The notes: generated from the sequence alone by a model not told the origin. A stretch of DNA of 64,000 nucleotides from Eledone cirrhosa (GCA_964016885.1 OZ024742.1:107198001-107262000); one strand, 5' to 3'; counted from the first letter of the stretch, positions 26,348 through 39,552 are shown. Made by a program: numbers and translations.

Positions 26348-26390
26348 GTTAAAGCTCTTTCGCCACACATCCTGTGACCTCCTCAGTGAC
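26348..26390 (-). ncRNA. Minimal hammerhead motif
   Basis: gtca-CTGAGGA-g-gtcaca ggatg tgtggc-GAAA-gagc-TT|taac. Confidence 0.55.
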
Positions 26391-26441
26391 TGGGTTTTTA
26401 TTTTGTGCTTCTTTGTTCTGTCCTACACCATCTACAAGTAT

Positions 26442-26471
<30 letters not shown>

Positions 26472-26476
<5 letters not shown>

Positions 26477-26509
26477 ATGTTTCTGGGTGATAACCCTTCA
26501 TCAGTACGG
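26472..26509 (-). ncRNA. Degenerate minimal hammerhead motif
   Basis: CTGATGA-a-gggt tatc accc-a-GAAA-catt. Confidence 0.45.
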
Positions 26510-26783
26510 TATACTGCTTACCTGCCAACTTTCAGAGCTAGTGAAAATATATGATATTTTTTAAAATATGCGGTGACTGATCAGCCTGATTTGCATATTA
26601 GAAGACTGCCTGATCAGTCAAATCTGCATATTAGCAGACCCACTGATCAGCCAGATTTGCATATCAGCAGATAGACCAGTCTGACTGGCCTATCATAGCC
26701 GACCACTCAACCATGGTGCAGGTTATTGGGTTACATGTTCTATATATAGAGAGTCTTTCTCTTTCTTGCATCATTATTACAAT

Positions 26784-26827
<44 letters not shown>

Positions 26828-26896
26828 TATGAAGAGAGAAGAAACATTTAGATATAATTAGTAATAAAATGTATCATACCTAAACTGCTCCTAAAT

Positions 26897-26986
26897 TCCT
26901 CGACTACGTAGTTTCGTGGCATAAACAAAAACAATATATCATAAAGATATAGAGTCCCTGCGAGGTCTGCCGACTTATCAAGAGGA
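26897..26986 (-). ncRNA. Type-I hammerhead ribozyme, U3:A8 core variant (copy 1)
   Basis: tcctc-TTGATAA-gt(c)ggca...tgccac-GAAA-c tacgta g-TC|gagga. Confidence 0.8.
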
Positions 26987-27491
26987 TACCTCATTTTACT
27001 AGTCTCAAGAACGCGTCTACACGACGTGAGAAAGAATCCCAAAAGGCGGAGGGGGAGATAGTCACGCGATATAACGGTCGAGAAACAGAGCTAAGCCTCT
27101 TATAACCACGAAGAAAATACCACGGAGGCGGAGGGGGTATTCATATCGAGGCCGCAGAAGAGGTGGTGAAGAAGGCTAGAAGTATGAGTAATGGAAGCTT
27201 TCCAGTTGTCCCCACACTTCAAAGATTGCTCGACCAGAGGGAGTTATTAACAATATATTTAGAAACACACAGATACATACGGACACACACATATATACAT
27301 GAATGCATCCGCACCCAACTGTGAGTTAAGGGTGCCAACTTCACCGATGTTGCTCAATGAATGACCGGGACAGACCAATTCAGTTGAACCAGACTGAACC
27401 AGTATCAGAGTTAAAAATACATTATGAAGAGAGAAGAAACATTTAGATATAATTAGTAATAAAATGTATCATGCCTAAACTGCTCCTAAAT

Positions 27492-27581
27492 TCCTCGACT
27501 ACGTAGTTTCGTGGCATAAACAAAAACAATATATCATAAAGATATAGAGTCCCTGCGAGGTCTGCCGACTTATCAAGAGGA
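27492..27581 (-). ncRNA. Type-I hammerhead ribozyme, U3:A8 core variant (copy 2)
   Basis: Identical to copy 1, offset by 595 bp. Confidence 0.8.
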
Positions 27582-28090
27582 TACCTCATTTTACTAGTCT
27601 CAAGAACGCGTCTACACGACGTGAGAAAGAATCCCAAAAGGCGGAGGGGGAGATAGTCACGCGATATAACGGTCGAGAAACAGAGCTAAGCCTCTTATAA
27701 CCACGAAGAAAATACCACGGAGGCGGAGGGGGTATTCATATCGAGGCCGCAGAAGAGGTGGTGAAGAAGGCTAGAAGTATGAGTAATGGAAGCTTTCCAG
27801 TTGTCCCCACACTTCAAAGATTGCTCGACCAGAGGGAGTTATTAACAATATATTTAGAAACACACAGATACATACGGACACACACATATATACATGAATG
27901 CATCCGCACCCAACTGTGAGTTAAGGGTGCCAACTTCACCGATGTTGCTCAATGAATGACCGGGACATTCATTGACTGTCCCGGTCATTCATTGAGCAAC
28001 ATCGGTGAAATTGGCACCCTTAACTCACAGTTGGGTGCGGATGCATTCATGTATATATGTGTGTGTCCGCATGTATCTGTGTGTTTCTAA

Positions 28091-28127
<37 letters not shown>

Positions 28128-28832
28128 TTCCCCACCCCAAACTACTTAATTACCCCCCCCCCCCTCTTACTTTTCTTCAAAGCTATACTAAACATTTTAG
28201 CAAATCCTTATACTTCACAGCTGCAGCTAATTGGAACTTGATTTCCCGGCATATGTGTTTGTGTGCATGAATACATATATAATTAATAGAAATTCAAATT
28301 AAATATCAACTGTGTATATTTTTTTAAAATCTGGTAAAGACAACAAATGCTCGGAGCACAGCACTTATTCCATAGTATATATCATTTTTTTTTTCTTTTT
28401 AGGTTTCAATGTGGTCTATAATTAGTAGAGGTAGTTATAAAAATGATAGGAGTGACTATACATAAAGGTACTGACTCGAACTAAAAGAAGTGAATAAAAA
28501 AATTATTAAAGGGAGACAAACCTTTTTGCGTCAATAATGTGAAACAGCGTTCCTCAATATTCAAATTTTTATTCTGATTACTCTCGTTTTAATGTTTTAA
28601 TTAATGAACCTTGAACCTGAAGTATGATATACATGTGTAACAGTGATTATGATGCTCTCTCTCTCTCTAGTGCACCTGAGCACTGTACACAATATTTTCA
28701 TTATTCTTATTATATATATATATTTAGAGACAGAGAGAGAGAGAAAGCATCATAATATATACACATATATATAATAGGGTAGAATGACAGGAGGCCAGAC
28801 AGGTTATATTCCTTTAGATTTTATTGCTGCAA

Positions 28833-28890
28833 ACACTATGCGCAATTCAGTGACCAGGTTACATATGAAACCAGTGACATCATCAGGTGT
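28833..28890 (-). ncRNA. Degenerate hammerhead motif
   Basis: acac-CTGATGA-decayed stem II-GAAt-tgcgca-TA|gtgt; palindromic helix III and 4-bp stem I. Confidence 0.5.
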
Positions 28891-30894
28891 ATAATTGCAT
28901 AATAGTTTGGAAGAAACAGAGAAAGAAAATCGAGAATTTAAAAAAAATGTTTTTTTTTTGTTTTTGACTTAGAGCTAATTGAATGCCCTGTTCTCATTTG
29001 GGTGGAATTCACTCTATATATATTAATTAGGTAAAGATTTGACCACGAGCTTCAGCAGTTTCAGCTTGGGGTCAAATCTCTACCTCATTAATACACCTAC
29101 TCTGCATCCTTCCATGTATTGTGTATTACTCTGAGTTGTGATTTTCCTGGTCCTCATACTGCAGACAGTCAATATATATATATAGGTAAATTTTCTGTAG
29201 CTGTGAGTCGCGGATAAAAGGCTATATCATTTATCTATTGTTTCTTCATAAGTATATTTTAAACTTATAGCCTCGTTTAAATGATTTTTTGTGTGGTTGA
29301 TTTATGCTGATTGGGAGAAGAAATACTGTATATATTTTATCTAATGATTCTATGGACTTACTTTTTATATATTGCTCTGATTATTAATTATTTAATTAAT
29401 TCGTCATTGAGCCACACAGTGAATGGTTGCCAAAAACATATATATATCTATGGCTTTGTCTAGTTTATATGTATATACCCGTTAAATTTTATATATATAT
29501 ATATATATAATGTACATTGAAGCCATTAACTAAATGTATTAGAGGATTTCTACAGATGTAAGGAGTTAATCAAACTACCCATAAAACCTTACATGTACAT
29601 CAAGCGTCAGTTCTCATCCCAAGCCTCTTTATCATAGTTCTCCAAACCTTAACAGAGGAGTTTAAGATCTGCTGTCCACAAGAACTCCTGCATACTAATG
29701 ACCCAGTTTTTATTCTTGAATTGGCCAAAGATCTAAAGAGAAAATTCAAACTTGGCACCAAAACGTAGAAGTGAGAGGCTTCAAAATAAATATAGCAAAG
29801 ACCTTATCCTTTTGATACCAAACCATTGAAAATCAGCCTTGCTTCTATGATACAAAACTGTTTATTTTGAAGTGTTTGTATTCATATAAAAATCTTTCAA
29901 TATAATTTTATTTAAGAGTATTTATTCAGCTGTGTTCCATGCATCAGATTCATAATGAGAAAGTTAATTAAATTACTAATTCTACTCAAAGGTAAACGGC
30001 ATTTTTCTTTTGCCGTTCAACCACTAGCCAATATGTAATGATAACAACATACTACGACCTGGCCAGCACCTCAGCCAGTCGACCATACCTTCTAAACTCT
30101 TAATTTGTTTATTCCTTTGTTTGGCATGCCAGCTCAACCTTTGTAATCTGTTTGTAAATAAATTATGTAAAAACATTGTAAAGCCTTGTGATGTTATTAC
30201 CACAGCCATAGCCTTTAAATGTGATATGAAAAGATCCTTTCCAGAGTTATTATCACAGCAGCAACAGAACCTGGGACTTACAGCCGAACCTCAATTCAAC
30301 TGACATTGCCATATAACAAAACTGTTACATTTATTGATATAACCAAACCATACCTTTCCTGCTACAACAAAATACATCATTATTATTATTATTGTCGTTG
30401 ATATTATTACATGGCATAATATTATTTTTCTGCTAAACTGGTGACTATTAAATGTCTGCTATATTGGTGACCCCTGTTGATACAAATATTATTATCATTA
30501 TTAATATTCTACTAAAATACTATCTATTTTTGCATCTCTCTTGAACATAATGTTCATATATACAAACTAAGGCCATCACTTGCTTGCAATTGAGTATGAT
30601 TTGGTAGTATGTGATATAGTTTCACTATGAGATTTGGGTGCTCATGAGTCACAAGCAGACACAGACGCACTCTCAACAAACCACCATCCTTTGAATCAGT
30701 GGAACATCCAGATTGTAACAGCTAGAAAGAAAGAAAGCTGCACTAGCCAGGACTGGGCTGGAACTTTTGACCCTGGGAGATTGACAGTGAAAGTGTACCA
30801 CAGTGGGATTTAAACTCGTAGTACAGAGACCTGGAACAAATATCTAATGACAGCCAAATTAACCCCCTTAAAATGATAAAGAGCCAACCCAATA

Positions 30895-31040
30895 CTGGAC
30901 TGGTATGTTATTTATCGACCTCGAAAGGATGAAAGGCAAAGTTAACCTTGGTGGGATTTGAACTTAAAGCACAGTGAGCTGGAACAAATACCAAAGAATT
31001 TTTTATTTAACTCCCTAACAGCTCTGCCAATTCATTGCCC
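30895..31040 (-). mobile_element. tRNA-derived SINE with Meta-like core
   Basis: tttatcgacctcgaaaggatgaaaggcaaag core and gatttgaact B-box complement. Confidence 0.75.
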
Positions 31041-31264
31041 TCATATATAGCTTAGTCTCGGATCATGACAACCAATCCAACACATGCCAGCATGGAAAGC
31101 AAGTGTAAAATGACAATGATAATGATGTTAATAATGATATATGTGTGTAGGCTTACCATAAATCATACAACCCTACTGTCTTAAAAACACTAAAAACTGC
31201 AGCCAAGCATTTTATCAAACACATGCATCACAATTTTCAAATTTTTATATAAATAAACAAACAA

Positions 31265-32162
31265 TCTATTTATACTACTAAAACTCTGTGGTTGTGTGCT
31301 TGTCTGTAATTAATACTGCCAAAACCGTGCATAATGGGAAAATACTTTAAAAGGAAATTGCCCCTGAAATGGGAATACAAATGGAATAAAACAAGTTTCG
31401 TGTAAATCAGAGCATGGGTTCTCGAGATATGGGGTTTTTCCGGGTACCTTCATAAATAAAGAGAGAGAAAGATAGAACAAAGAGATAGTGGTTGTGAGAG
31501 AATAGATTGAAAGAGAGACATAGAGAGAGAGAAGGAAAATGGAAGAGAGCGAGAGCTGGTGGTGTTGTTGAATGAAATTGTAACAGGTGACTTGAAAGAA
31601 TCGAATACAGCATTACTGTATCTAACTCAAGTTTGGTGATTGAATATTAAGTCATATGTATCATATAACTTGTGTTAAGACAGGATGTGTGTAGTGAATA
31701 TTTCCTGCTAAATAGAAGGGGTTTCTAAGTGTGTGTGTGTATATGTGTACGTGTTTATATATATATATATATAGGTGTGTGTGTATATATATATATATGC
31801 ATGTGTGTGTGTCTATATATATATGTGTGTGTGTGTCTGTGACCAGTGTATATAGGTCACAGACACCCATCAATCATCATCATCATCATCACCGTTTTAC
31901 GTCCGTTCTTCCACACTAGCATGGGTTAGATGGGTTGTCCTGTTGTGGGCAGTGTCCAGTCGGCTGACCTCGTCTTGCTCATACAGGAACTATATATATA
32001 TATACACACACACACACACATATATATGGGCCTTCCGATTTCATTTTACATTATATACATGTCTGTGTATATTTTGATTATTTAAAATTTAATTTTAAGT
32101 AAACATGATTTTAAAAAAATATTTTTAAGCGAATGTGTCCCAATGGGTCATGGGTGGTCTAG
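31265..32162 (+). mobile_element. Possible non-autonomous Helitron with a nested RTE 3' end (31872-31990, minus)
   Basis: A|TCtatttatactactaaaa...gtctgt 5' end; weak hairpin and CTAG|T 3' end. Confidence 0.45.
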
Positions 32163-32870
32163 TATCTATATATATATGAATGAGTTTTGCTGTGAGAATT
32201 TAGTGATGAGTTTGCTGCTATATTTGGTAAGTTGAATTTTGCCTGATAGCACATGGAAGAATCATTAGCAAAACATCATCCTAGTTTTGCTATTTTATAT
32301 ATTAACAATGAAACAGACAAGATGATGTTTGATATCTGACAATGGAGGAACAAAATGCATTTTGTTCTGTCTAAAATAGTAATTTAATATTTTAGTAATA
32401 ACTGATTTGGAAACTTCACTCCTTGCTCATCACCTTTCATCTTCAAATAGCAGAGTTACAATCAGATAATCATGACATGTTGATAAGGGTAGATGTTGCT
32501 TAAAGTCTTTGGCAAACATTACGAAAAACAGCGATGTTGTATCAATTTGTTGGTTGAAATATTTAATAGTATGTGTTGAGAAATTGAGTGTGTATGTATC
32601 AGTGAGAGCAAAAGAGAAAGAGAGAGAAAAATAGGCTAAAGATGTGAGTGAAGAATTAGATAAATTAAGAGATACAGATTGATAGAAGGTTCTGTTTTGT
32701 TGGTCAAAATGACCAGAGAAAAATAAGTCCTGCTAGATGACCATCATATGTGGTAGAGAATGAAAGCTGGAAGCTTTGTCTATTATATAAAACCATCACT
32801 TCTTGCAATGTTTATCTTTTGGTGGGAATTTGTGCATAAAATTTGTTGAATTTAGCAATACATGATTTCG

Positions 32871-32904
<34 letters not shown>

Positions 32905-34169
32905 TAAGATAGCTATATAGATAGATATCAGAGTCAGAGTCAGTTCTTGTTTGAAGTTACGCCTTCCAAGATAGGTCAGATGACCATGCATTATAGATGT
33001 TCCATTTTTACATGGTTTCTATGGCTGGATGCTTTTTCTAATCCCAACCACTTTAAAAATGAGTACTTAGAACATTATGATAGGAGAGGTAGCTAATAGA
33101 ACGTTGAATACAAAACAGCATGAGCAACATGACTGGATAGCAATAAAGATGTGCCATAATATGAGAGCAAGTGATGGATAGTAATAGGGATTGGTGGTGG
33201 TGAGAGTGGTGGATGTCAACTAGTGGTCACATGGAGGAGAGACAATGATGATTAGTGGGTAGATGTGATGCTAAGTGTAACCCTAACCCTCTATTCTTGG
33301 AATACATTATACTGCTCATGCTGTTTTCTATTCACCTTTGACTTACTCCCAACTAACAATAAATATGTAGCCATCACTGATTCTTCTATATTACACCTTT
33401 ACCATCATATCATTCTGTTTTCCCTGTCACAGTGTTACTCATAAATTTCTTCTTTCACTCTGTTGATCATCCCTCACATTATATTTTCACCCTTGATCAT
33501 GTTTGTTTTGGTATAATGGAGACTAAATAGAGTAATGGGATTTTTAGTCTCTCATGGGACAAGGCAACCCTCTACCATTCTGTTTTACACTGATACTTTC
33601 CCTTTCCCCACCCTCTTAATCACCCCTCTTAACTCTATCCAACATCTTAGTTATGTTTGCAGACTTTATATATGAGGGGGGGGGGGGGCCATAATCTTTT
33701 AAGTACTTCAGGTCTCTCAAAGAATTTGATCCAGCCATATCTATCATATTTGTATTTAGCATCAGAATGGTCTACTGAGGGATTTTCTCTTAGACATTAT
33801 TTTATTTATGTCTATTGTTACACTTTGGGAGGGTCATGCTGTATTGAGTAAATGAATTTTAAATGTTTGTTGTATGTTATTGGTTGGAATGTTCAGTGGT
33901 TCATTGTGGTGTGACAGGAAATTTTGTAGTAGTAAACCATAGCTATGTGGCTGAATGTATAAGTTGACCTGTTCCATATAAAGTGCTGTGTGAAATGCCA
34001 TAATGAATGAACAATAAACGACCTGCTACTTTAATAATTTTATGACTTAATAATTTGCTACAGTTATTGTGATAATATAGGAAAACAAAGGTATTCACAG
34101 TTGAGTTGTGTGATGTGTATGAGTGTGTACATAGTCTGAAAAGATGCATGGGACTAACCTTTGTTAAGT

Positions 34170-34762
34170 CTCTGACCAATAACCTCTCTAGAGATGGCGA
34201 CACAAAAATGTACCCGGTACACTCCATAAGGGTGGTTGGCAACAGAAAGGGGACCCCATTGTAGAAACCATGCCTAAAAGGGTTGAGAGGACCCTTTAGT
34301 TGTGTCAAAGACACAACAGACTGTTGGTGATCTACCTGATAAATGCACCCAGTACATACTATAAAATGGTTGGTGATAAGGAGGGCATCCAGTCATAGAA
34401 AGCTTGCCAAACAAAGAGTTGGGAGGACCCTTTAGTTGTGTCAAGGACATGATAGCCTCCCTAGTGTTGATTATCTACACAATAAAATCATCCAGGACAT
34501 GCTGTAAAGTTATCTGGTTGGTATCAGGAAGGGCATCCAATCATAGAAAGCTTGCCAAACAAGGGACTAGGAGGACTCTACAGTTTATGTCAAAAGACAT
34601 GACAACTTCTCCTCTGCCCTCGATATGACCATACGTAAGCAGGATACACATTCCTCAGCCTGTCTGGGAGGTCAGTAGCTCAGCTTCAGTACTGACTTGG
34701 TCTATGTAGACCTATCAAACCCTTGCTAGCAGAGAAAGCAGATGTTAAATGATGATGATGAT
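34170..34762 (+). mobile_element. Element with about three ~143-bp tandem units and an RTE-type (GAT)n tail
   Basis: Repeated ggtgatctac.tgata..gcacccagtacatact.taaa.tggttgg units ending in gatgttaaatgatgatgatg. Confidence 0.7.
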
Positions 34763-35499
34763 TGCTCTGTTTGCTGGAACAAACTGGTCAACTGCTTACC
34801 TCTACAGTCAAGGACAGACTAATTTTATGAAGCCAGCAGACAATCTGCAGATGACCACTAGCTGGTTATTCCTCCAGACAACCTGGTAACACTAGTCCCA
34901 AACAAAGAAACCGAATAACTATGTCGGTCAGCATGTGTAGTCACATTAACAGTTTTCCTCCACAAAAAATACATATTGCTCAGCAACTCACTCTTAAAGT
35001 TATATATATATATATATATCATTTAGTCTGTGTACAATTATAATATTATGCTGTAGCATTAAAAGAACACCTATAGCCTACAGCAGACCCAAAAGTGCTG
35101 CCCCCATAAAAGTGTCGTCCAGGGCGGACCAGCCCCCCCCCCCCTCTAGCTATGCTACTGTGCATTGGCCTACTTAGCCAACCTGGGAACAAATGCTCAA
35201 ATCAGATCGGTTGCATTCACTACAATGCTAACAATAAAATCATTCACCAATTGAATTTCACTTAGGTTTTATTATCAGTTAGGTAATCATTAAATATACT
35301 ATAGTCTGTGCTGACAACTATAATTTTAAAAAGAACACGTTTTATTAATAAAAAAAATCCTAAACACATCTATTTCAAATAACAACAACAGTACAGATAT
35401 TTAAAAACGGAAAATGAAGGAAAAGCCAAAGGCTCTTGGGTGACAGAAGAATGTGAGGAGGAAGTGAGAGGGTGATGGGCTCTGGGCCTAGGGTGCGGC

Positions 35500-36400
35500 A
35501 GTGTTGGGACTACGCTCCACAGACAAGACTGGAAAAGTATTTCTGTGGACCATAGCCAGCAACACCCGTTGCAACAGCTACCTCACCTTGTGTGGCTCCT
35601 TCCTCAGGCAACTGACATTCTGATCTTGTGGAGGAGCTTGGTAGTACGGGGTCCGAGCACACCTGAGGTTTCAATGGCAACTGGTGTGAAAGGAAGCAGC
35701 TAGACAATCCCCAGTATTTGTTTGTCTTCCTTTCCTCTGTATTGCGGGCTGCAGTACCAGGGTTTGTAGCCAAAGCGGCTAAGTTGGAGGCGGAGAAAAT
35801 GTTGCAACATGTGGCATCCCAGATGAGGGATCTACCATATTCGAATGGGAAGAGGGTAGTCCATCAGAGCGTTTGCCGTCTCTCTACAGTCAAGGCCTGC
35901 TGGCTCCAGTTATGATGAGAAACCAGCTGCGCCCAAGCACCTTCTCAATATGTCGTTGAGAGTGGTGTGTTGAGGGAATCAGCCTAAACTCTGATGGCAA
36001 GACAGTGGATGAAGGCTGACCTTGTCAACGATAGCCCTACAATGGCATTTATGTGCCTCACACACTCTGTTGCGAGTGCGCTCATCATCAAGAAGAGCAC
36101 CAAATAGATCCACACAATGCTGTTTGGCTGTCAAGTGGAGCAGAGGTAGGCGAGGCAGTGTTGGTCCAAGCCATACTTGATCCACCTGAACAAAGACCTG
36201 CATTTGATGTCATCCCAGTTAGGTTGGCCAGAGCCTGGTCGAGCTCTGGGGCCACATCAGGTCCGACCATCTTGCTGAGAACCTCGCTGACAAGAGCGCA
36301 ACTGGAGGAGATTGAAGAACTAAAAGAATATGATCACGAATGCAAGCGGGCAAAATGGGCTCCTCTGTAGGTCTTTGGAGTAGCGATACTTGATAGGGCG
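35500..36400 (-). mobile_element. CRE-like non-LTR retrotransposon 3' fragment (zinc knuckle plus restriction-like endonuclease)
   Basis: CHCRAIVDKVSLHPLSC, LNDILRRCL, GKRSDG, LIWDATC, EERKTNKY, PVAIETSGVLG across frameshifts. Confidence 0.8.
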
Positions 36401-36469
36401 CATAGCTCGGAGATTAGAGAATTGCTTCAGGGAGAGCAACAACTTTTCTGAATTGAAAGATCACAGCTC

Positions 36470-36705
36470 TGATACTATGGACATGTGGATAGAATGTCTA
36501 AAGAAAGAACCGCTGGACAGATTTTACAGGTAAAGCCAACAAGCAAGAGATCAAGAACTAGATGGTTGGATAATATCTATAAGCTTGGCTGGACTAGTTT
36601 GGGGATCCAGCTGGATCAATTGTTTCGGTTAGGACCCTTTGGAAGGTATGTCTGAGGACTCTGCACCCAGGACCCTTCCAGGAAAAGGTAGGTGAAGAAG
36701 AACTA
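36470..36705 (+). mobile_element. 3' fragment of a different RTE-like LINE
   Basis: YGHVDRMSKER...RSRTRWLDNIYKL; short (GAA)n tail. Confidence 0.6.
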
Positions 36706-38834
36706 ATCCATTCCTCGGTTATTTATTATATTTAATTGTCAAAGCTTTCATCACAATGACTATTCTTGTTCCCCCGCGTCGCCTCTGCGTTTTAATTTTG
36801 TTTTATTTACTCTATCTTGTTTTTCTTTATTTACATCAGCCAATATCAAAATACTGTAGCTGCCACTCCCATGTTCAGCAGTTAAACTCTAGTAATTAAT
36901 ATGTAAATATTGAACAATTAAGAATCTAAATATAATCAAAATGTCCAAAAGGAAAATAAGCGGGAGGGGAAAAATTACACCATCGCTTCAAGTTTGAGTT
37001 CGAATCTAAGAAATATTACGTAAAAAAAATCGAGAGGTAAAGTAAAGGTAAATTCGAATAAATATATATACTGCTTTCTTTTTTATTTGGCTTGTTTATT
37101 TATTCGATTACAGTAAGTATCTACATTTAACTACAGCGGGTACGAAAAGTACGTCCATGTATGAATTTGCGGCTGACTAAAAGAGAGATTGAGAAAGAAA
37201 GTAGAGAAGGAGTAAGAGACAAAAAGTGAGTGAAAAAAATGATGGCGATGATGGTGTGTCTATCTGCAGTGTCTTAAGTGCTCTGCCTTTTTTATTCAGC
37301 TTAAACACACCTATTTATATAGATATATATCGATTTAGTTTCCGCTCTACTTTACAGTATTACTTGTGGATATTACTATACATCCGTTTGTAGATGGCAG
37401 TTGGTCTTCTGAGCCCGTTTACAGGTAAACTACACGATTTATATGATGTTAGCTGTATATATATATCTATATATATATATGTGTTGTGTGACGGGTTTTT
37501 TTGTTTAGAAGTCACACAAGCCCAACAAAGTGATTTTTCGTGTTTGGTGTGTATATATATATGTTTATATATATTTGTTTTGGTCTTGATTTATGTAAAT
37601 GTTGGTGTATCTGTTGTTTAGTCTGCGGTCAGCTCCGATCAATGCATTCCATTCACAACCACCACGTCTGTTTGTATACCTAGAACTACATTGACCAATG
37701 TGTTAATGTAGTTCTAGGTATACAAAACTGTAGTTCCTTCTTTCTTAAGAGGGAAGTTTGATTGCTAATTCTAGCAGGTCGAGCAACTGCTGAGTGTGTA
37801 TGCTGTTGGGTGTTGTGATGTTGTATATTTTGAATGGTACGTTTTATTCATGTTGTTAGGTGTGTGTGTGTTTGTATTCATGTTGTTAGGCGTGTATATG
37901 TTGGACGTGTGTTTTGATAAGTATGTGTTCATGTTGTTTATGTAGTTGATTACTTTCCGTTTGTTGATGTTGGTTGTGTATATGGTGAGTGTATGTGTTG
38001 TTTGGTTGGTGTGTGCGTTGTCTACATTGGATCATGGGTGTGTACATCAGGTACTAGATTAACCTAATAGCATATGATACAGGCCCCTCTTTGAAAGCTT
38101 TATTATAATAGGGGAGGTCGAAGACCAGCACACTCAATGACACGCTACAAGGGGCGCTGGAATTTCCCTTTATATTTCCGAAATCTCAACCATACACTTT
38201 AAATTAAACAACTTTTCAATAATCGAATGAAATGGCCTCAGTAAATGGGTAGACTTCATTTTTGTCTGATGCTAAACATACTTGCCATTCTATTTCTATA
38301 TTCCAATGCACTAAACTCGCTGTGCAATAATGTACCTCAAATTTTATTTTTCTCTGTCGAATGAACTAGATTAGTACTAATTTTACTATAGATACTTTAG
38401 TGTTTGTTAACTATTAAATCAATTAAGGGTTTTAAATATGTAAGGAACACTTTATTGTGTACAGTTTCAACTTTGATCTTTCTTATATCGTTAAGCAAAA
38501 GTATATAGCACATAAAAGTTTAAAACGTCGGACTTTGAATTGTCGAATGTATGAAAATATCTAACTTTTGCTTCACGAGTATATTAGTGAATTCACGTTA
38601 TGTAGCTCTGTTTCAGATAAGACAAGGATCTATAGCGTAATGACATACCCATTCAAATTCATCATATAATTTCCCGTGTCTAAGCTGACGTCTCCCGGAA
38701 TTAACCTTCTAAATGTCGGCTAGCAAGCTTGGTATTTATCATTGTATTCCGATTTCAATCCTAGTGCGAGTTGATCTATATACATTAGTCGGGTATTACA
38801 GCAGAGTTAACGGTCCGAATGTGAAATTTGGTGT

Positions 38835-38839
38835 ATATA

Positions 38840-38872
<33 letters not shown>

Positions 38873-38994
38873 ATTACTATATATATATATATATACTATA
38901 TATATATATATATATACTATATATATATAAATATATACTATATATATATATATATACTATATATATATATATATACTATATATATATATATATA

Positions 38995-39085
<91 letters not shown>

Positions 39086-39286
39086 CTATATATATATATA
39101 TATATATATACTATATATATATATACTATATATATACTATATATATATATACTATATATATATACTATATATATACTATATATATATACTATATATATAT
39201 ACTATATATATATATACTATATATAATATATACATATATATATATATATACTATATATATATATATATACTATATATATATATATA

Positions 39287-39368
<82 letters not shown>

Positions 39369-39552
39369 ATATATACTATATATATATATATATACTATAT
39401 ATATATAATATATACTATATATATATATATATACTATATATATATATATATATACTATATAATATTATATACTATATATATATATATATACTATATATAT
39501 ATATATATACTATATATATATATATACTATATATATATATACTATATATATA

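Larger units (their letters stand above)
26822..28097 (-). mobile_element. Young non-coding Penelope/retrozyme-like element: 595-bp tandem repeat (~1.9 copies) plus inverted 5' segment
   Basis: 26822-27416 is repeated from 27417 to 27967 with near identity; 27976-28097 is the inverse of 27847-27967; (TA)n on both sides. Confidence 0.85.

Noticed and set aside
26848-27637. Duplicated 64-aa ORFs in the 595-bp repeat
   Set aside because: No recognisable domain; they overlap the ribozyme and are duplicated only because the unit is.
38713-39408. YI-rich ORFs, and similar ones at 7053-7683, 11390-11796 and 15777-16154
   Set aside because: Translations of TA, CA or GAT microsatellites.
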